Assembly: GCA_035414245.1 (NCBI GenBank)
Contig: DAONYH010000003.1
Span: forward strand, 17,630 to 81,629
Source of the DNA: a bacterium
GTDB lineage: Bacteria > Patescibacteriota > Patescibacteriia > Patescibacteriales > UBA12465
Direction of reading: 5' to 3'
Length of the DNA stretch: 64,000 nt
Shown: positions 59,656-64,000 of the stretch, one piece after another
Layout: each line of letters begins with the position of its first letter
Numbering within the stretch: the first letter of the stretch is position 1
The notes under the pieces: generated by a model
Database searches by the model: none
Seen by the model: the letters and a program-made list of their open reading frames with translations, nothing else
Told to the model about the DNA's origin: nothing
Position numbers and translations under genes: made by a program

Positions 59656-60717
59656 CTATTTATCCTCTTTCGCTTGTTCAACTTCCTTGCTTTTGATTTC
59701 CGCTAAAATTGCTTTTCTAATCTCAGCCATTAATTTTTTATCATCTTTTATTGTCTTTTTAGCCACTTCTCGTCCAGTACCTAACTTAATCTCACCAAAA
59801 GAATAGGAATTGCCACTCTTTTTAATTACGCCATATTCGGTTCCTAAATCAACCAAATCACCGGCCACTGAAATACCTTCGTTATACATAATATCAAATT
59901 CACAGGTTTTGAAAGGAGCAGCTACTTTATTTTTTACAATCTTAACTTTAACGCGATTACCAATTATTTTGTCACCCTGTTTAATCTGTGCGGCGCGTCT
60001 CACTTCAACGCGCACTGAGCAATAAAACTTCAAAGCATTACCGCCGGTAGTAGTTTCAGGATTACCGAAGAAAACACCAATTTTATTTCTAATTTGGTTA
60101 ATAAAAATAACCACGGTTTTAGTTTTGGCAATGATGGCGGTTAATTTTCTTAAAGCCTGACTCATTAGTCGCGCTTGTAGACCCATGTGTTGGTCGCCCA
60201 TATCACCTTCAATTTCTTTTTGTGGTACTAAAGCAGCCACACTATCAACCACAATTACATCTACGGCATTGGAGCGAACCAAAGTCTCAACAATTTCCAG
60301 TGCTTGTTCACCACTGTCTGGTTGTGAGAGCAACATCTCTTTGACATTGACTCCAATTTTAGCCGCGTAATCCGGATCAAGAGCATGCTCTGCGTCAACG
60401 AAGGCGGCAATCCCACCAGTTTTTTGTACTTCAGCTACAATGTGTTGTGCCAAAGTAGTTTTACCGGAGGATTCAGGCCCATAAATTTCAATAATTCTTC
60501 CCCGAGGCACGCCACCAATCCCAAACGCGATATCCAAAGACAAACAACCAGTAGAAATAGTATCCACATTAGTTTTACGCGCTTCACCAAAACGCATAAT
60601 AGCTCCTTCGCCAAATTTATTTTTTATTTGTTCAATGGCGCTTAAAGCAGCGGCTTGCTTACTGCTAATATCTTCGCCCTTCTCGCTTAGGGTTTTCTTT
60701 GTTTTTTCTTTAGCCAT
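59656..60717 (-). CDS. recA: Recombinase A
   Basis: [47 protein letters not shown]. Confidence 0.99.
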   Translation of the reverse strand: MAKEKTKKTLSEKGEDISSKQAAALSAIEQIKNKFGEGAIMRFGEARKTNVDTISTGCLSLDIAFGIGGVPRGRIIEIYGPESSGKTTLAQHIVAEVQKTGGIAAFVDAEHALDPDYAAKIGVNVKEMLLSQPDSGEQALEIVETLVRSNAVDVIVVDSVAALVPQKEIEGDMGDQHMGLQARLMSQALRKLTAIIAKTKTVVIFINQIRNKIGVFFGNPETTTGGNALKFYCSVRVEVRRAAQIKQGDKIIGNRVKVKIVKNKVAAPFKTCEFDIMYNEGISVAGDLVDLGTEYGVIKKSGNSYSFGEIKLGTGREVAKKTIKDDKKLMAEIRKAILAEIKSKEVEQAKEDK

Positions 60718-60887
60718 AAAATTATTTCTAAAATTATTAATTAATTATTTGATATTACCATTATTCTATATTATCAAGTAACAGCTGAATCTTTTTTAAA
60801 AAAATTATTATCTATTTTTAAATGTCGTTTGATGCTTATCTGCTTAACTTGCGGTCGTTTAATTCAACTTTCTTATTTTTCTCACGT

Positions 60888-61346
60888 TTACTCCTCTTTT
60901 TCATTATTATTTTCTCCTAAACTGCTTTCTCCCGAATTATTTTCTCTTGAACCACTTTCTCTTGAGCTATTTTCTTTTGACTTAGGAAAAAGTCGCCAAG
61001 TTCTTTGCCAAAAAATTCCTTCTGAATTTTCTAATATTAAAGTTAACCCCTCCTCATCTCTTTCAAATCTGATATATTTTTTAAATTTTTCTTTTAAACC
61101 TTGAGGTTTATTATCAATGTTTCCACTCTCAGTAGTAGTTGCCGACTCAGTTACTTCTGAGTGGCTACCAAAAATTTTTTCTCCTTGTTTAACACCCCAA
61201 TCAGCACCACGATACCAAATTGACTGACGAATTTTTTCTCTTCCCTCTTCATTATTACTATAACGATAGCTAACCATCAGCGTTAAAGCAAAAAATAATG
61301 CCAAAAGAATGATGATTACTAGTGGTTTGTTTAAATATTTACTCAT
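60888..61346 (-). CDS. Hypothetical single-TM protein with repetitive C-terminus
   Basis: N-terminal TM; C-terminal 5-aa repeats KENSS/RESGS/RENNS/GESSL/GENNN. Confidence 0.7.
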   Translation of the reverse strand: MSKYLNKPLVIIILLALFFALTLMVSYRYSNNEEGREKIRQSIWYRGADWGVKQGEKIFGSHSEVTESATTTESGNIDNKPQGLKEKFKKYIRFERDEEGLTLILENSEGIFWQRTWRLFPKSKENSSRESGSRENNSGESSLGENNNEKEE

Positions 61347-61365
61347 ATTAAACTACCAAAATGGC

Positions 61366-62637
61366 TTACTGCCAAAGTGACTTAGTGGTAAAGGGACGAT
61401 TTTCATTATTAAATAATTTTATTTCTCCGTATTGTCCATCAAACCCGGGTGTAATTAATAAATCTTGATTTCTCATTTTTTCAATTCCCAAAATTATTCT
61501 AGCATCAATTTCTTTTTTTACTGATTCTAAATCTAAATCCAATAAAATATGTAATTCATTGCCAAAATCTCTGATTAAACGTTCATATTCCTGTCTCACT
61601 TTCAAGGCACCGCGGCTTTTAATCCCTAAAGCCTCCTTTATTATTTTATCTAATTCTATCAGCTTTTTAAAGGGAACAGCTTTTTGCGGCTTATATCCTT
61701 CAGGTCGGTCAGCTAAGGACTCAACCCGATTTAAAACTCCGATTACCAAGGGTTTATGGCAAACCGGACAAAGATTATTTAACTTTTTACTTTCTTGAGG
61801 CGCGCAGGAAAAATTACAATCGCGATGGCCATCAAAATGGTACATACCCTCTTCAGGATAAAATTCAATTGTATAAGCTAACCCTTGCTCCACGGTTTGT
61901 TTTTTCTCTTTTATAATCTCATAAATTTGCTCGTAAGTAATTGGCTCAAGCAAATTCATTACTGTTGCTTCGCGACCAATGTTAACCGGGCTATGAGCAT
62001 CTGAACTAGATAAAACTGTTAGTTTATCTAGGGCGGATAAGCGCCAATTCATGGCGGGATCACTAGATAGGCCGGTTTCATAAGCAAAAATATTTTTTGT
62101 TTCTTCTTTAAAACATTCCTCTAAGGTATCAAAGCCAGACTTAGAGCCAAAAACCGCAAACCAAGGTGTCCAAATATGAGCTGGATAAATTAAAAACTGG
62201 GGATGAATATTTAAAAGTAAACGAACAAAATCCGGTGCCTTAATTCCTAAAATCGGTCGCCCGTCTGAACGAATATTATATTTTTTATCTAAAAAATTAT
62301 TTAATTCCCGAGCCGCTTTCAAATTAGGGGCATGAATCACTAAATGGATGCGCCGCGTTTTTTCATTATCTTTATAAATTAAAGCTACTTCGGTAGAAAA
62401 AATAAATTTAACTAAATCATCGGTGGCTGATTTTAATTTGTATAATCCACTACCCGCAAATGTTTCTTCCAGTTCTTGATTAATCGCTCTAAACCAATCC
62501 GGATAAGTAAAATCTCCAGTGGCAATTATGTTAACTCCTTTTTCGCGACAGGTTTTATCAATATTAGCTAAGGTTAACTGCGGCGAACAAGCGCGAGAAT
62601 AAGGAGAGTGAATATGAAGATCCAAAACTTGTTTCAT
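61366..62637 (-). CDS. Endonuclease Q family (PHP domain + Zn ribbon)
   Basis: DLHIHSPYSRA, AHIWTPW, ETGLSSD, SDAHS, YPEEGMYHFDGHRDC, CPVC..LVIGV, PGFDGQYG. Confidence 0.87.
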   Translation of the reverse strand: MKQVLDLHIHSPYSRACSPQLTLANIDKTCREKGVNIIATGDFTYPDWFRAINQELEETFAGSGLYKLKSATDDLVKFIFSTEVALIYKDNEKTRRIHLVIHAPNLKAARELNNFLDKKYNIRSDGRPILGIKAPDFVRLLLNIHPQFLIYPAHIWTPWFAVFGSKSGFDTLEECFKEETKNIFAYETGLSSDPAMNWRLSALDKLTVLSSSDAHSPVNIGREATVMNLLEPITYEQIYEIIKEKKQTVEQGLAYTIEFYPEEGMYHFDGHRDCNFSCAPQESKKLNNLCPVCHKPLVIGVLNRVESLADRPEGYKPQKAVPFKKLIELDKIIKEALGIKSRGALKVRQEYERLIRDFGNELHILLDLDLESVKKEIDARIILGIEKMRNQDLLITPGFDGQYGEIKLFNNENRPFTTKSLWQ

Positions 62638-62659
62638 TTATTTTAAGATTTCATTTATT

Positions 62660-63400
62660 TTAAGAATTGATTAAATTTTCCGCGATTTTTAACTCATCAG
62701 GACTATTAATTCCCATTGCTTCTCGAGGTTCAATAGTCACGGAGCCGACTTTATAGCCCTCTTTAAAAGCAATACCAACCATATCAGTTAAATAAAACTC
62801 TTTGGCTTTATTTTCATTTTTTAATTTATTAATATTGGCAAACAACCAATCTTTATTAAAACACATAAAACCGGGATTAACTTCGGTTATTTGTTTTTCA
62901 ACTTCACTCGCATCCTTGGCTTCAATAATTGCTTTGATTTCTCCTTTTTCATTTCTCACAAAACGTCCCCAGCCATAAAAATTGTGATGCCAGCCAGAAA
63001 AATCCGGTAAAATCGTAGGCATAACTGTAACTGCTTCTGGTTCAAGAGCAGCAAATTTTTTAATTGAATTGGCAGTTAAAAATGGATGGTCGCCATACAA
63101 AACAATAATCTTTTTTGTTTCTGGTTTTATCTTGGGCTGCGCGCAAGAAACAGCATGACCAGTACCTAGTTGTTGGTCTTGAATAGCGTATTCAGCCTTA
63201 TAATTACTTAAAGCTTGTTTGATAATTTCTTTATTTTCCGGTGAAACAATGACAATTGGTTGAGGATCAACCGCTGCTTCTTTAACTTGTTCCATTAAAT
63301 ATTGAATCATGGGCTTACCATTTAAAGGCACCAGCACTTTAGGAATGTCTTGCCCCATGCGCGTTCCCTTGCCAGCTGCTAAAATAACAATTTGTGTCAT
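62660..63400 (-). CDS. GlmU-like nucleotidyltransferase, N-terminal domain only
   Basis: ILAAGKGTRM...PKVL, QLGTGHAV, LYGDHP, EVNPG, EFYLTD, GINS; ends at 246 aa with no hexapeptide acetyltransferase domain. Confidence 0.85.
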   Translation of the reverse strand: MTQIVILAAGKGTRMGQDIPKVLVPLNGKPMIQYLMEQVKEAAVDPQPIVIVSPENKEIIKQALSNYKAEYAIQDQQLGTGHAVSCAQPKIKPETKKIIVLYGDHPFLTANSIKKFAALEPEAVTVMPTILPDFSGWHHNFYGWGRFVRNEKGEIKAIIEAKDASEVEKQITEVNPGFMCFNKDWLFANINKLKNENKAKEFYLTDMVGIAFKEGYKVGSVTIEPREAMGINSPDELKIAENLINS

Positions 63401-63496
63401 ATTAATTTAGTAAAAATAAAAGGAAAATCTCAAAAGAAATTCCCTTATATTTTATCATTTTTTAAATTTTCAAGCAAATCACTTCTTTGACAAAAT

Positions 63497-64000
63497 TTAC
63501 CTTATATAAGCCAAAATTTTGTCTTTTAATGCCTTAACTTGAGCGGCTGCCAAGGCCTGACTTTTAGCTTCAGCATATATTCTAATAATTGGTTCAGTAT
63601 TAGAAGCTCGTAAATGAACCCAGGAATCTTCAAAATCAATTTTCAAACCATCAATCTCGGTAATTTTTTCCGTTTGATAATCATTTTTAATTTTTTCCAA
63701 AATTTCATTTAATTTAATTTTAGTGATTTCAGCGGTTAATTCTATTTTGTCTTTAATCATAAAATATTCCGGCAATGTCTTTCTTAAAGCCGAAGCTTTT
63801 TGTTTTGCTTGCGCTAGGGCGCTTAAAAATAAAGCAGTACCCACTAAAGCATCACGTCCATAATGAAGCGCCGGAAAAATTATTCCACCATTTCCCTCAC
63901 CGCCAATAACCGCCTTAATTTCTTTCATCTTATTAACGACATGCACTTCACCCACAGCCGCGGCTTCGTAATGAGCATTATGCTTGGTGCTAATATCTTT
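63497..64000 (-). CDS. glmM: Phosphoglucosamine/phosphomannomutase family protein (3' part; runs off the right edge)
   Basis: AVGEVHV, GGEGNGG, HYGRDAL, DGLKIDF, HLRASNTEPIIRIYAE. Confidence 0.8.
   Translation of the reverse strand, partial: KDISTKHNAHYEAAAVGEVHVVNKMKEIKAVIGGEGNGGIIFPALHYGRDALVGTALFLSALAQAKQKASALRKTLPEYFMIKDKIELTAEITKIKLNEILEKIKNDYQTEKITEIDGLKIDFEDSWVHLRASNTEPIIRIYAEAKSQALAAAQVKALKDKILAYIR

Noticed and set aside
605-61798. Many short ORFs antisense to or nested in long genes (e.g. 605-790, 8360-8596, 22477-22797, 24448-24792, 28724-29026, 47175-47429, 55043-55345, 59810-60645, 60829-61104)
   Set aside because: They overlap well-supported housekeeping genes on the opposite strand or frame and show the Ser/Phe/Leu-rich composition of shadow ORFs.
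1-64000. Alternative genetic code 25 (TGA=Gly) as in Gracilibacteria/Absconditabacteria
   Set aside because: All long genes translate intact with code 11, and TGA terminates porC, porB and the 31456 ORF at the expected positions.

Overview
AT-rich, gene-dense bacterial chromosome segment in standard genetic code 11 (TGA is used as a stop). It is most consistent with a Patescibacteria/CPR (Parcubacteria-like) genome. That is an inference from VirB2/TrbC-like 'CPR pilins', a four-subunit PFOR plus an ADP-forming acetate-CoA ligase, a truncated GlmU, rpoBC detached from rplJL, and the absence of Shine-Dalgarno motifs. Most of the window is housekeeping: leuS, xth, rnhA, recJ, lepA, murJ, rpoBC, murE, ftsK, glgA, ruvC, gpmA, polA, murD, holA, rpsT/O/P, pnp, trmD, infB, rbfA, rny, HU, adk, recA, EndoQ, plus 8 tRNAs. 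No mobile element, prophage, cas gene or rRNA is visible. The most notable observations are: (1) a pyruvate:ferredoxin oxidoreductase operon interleaved with two pilin-like genes, one fused to a VanY/M15-type peptidoglycan peptidase, preceded by a DsbA; (2) an unannotated ~215-nt rod-like RNA with its own sigma70 promoter directly upstream of rny, with 6S-RNA-like architecture; (3) many intergenic spacers that are tandem copies of the sequence spanning the upstream gene's stop codon; (4) a 3x 37-38-nt hairpin array between two tRNAs; (5) a glgA-GH57-kinase-pyruvyltransferase cluster; (6) a GT2 + TMTC-like GT-C pair; (7) an initiator tRNA with C33 and A29-U41, and a MurE with EDPY in place of DNPR. 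All calls come from reading motifs by eye; no database search or folding program was run.
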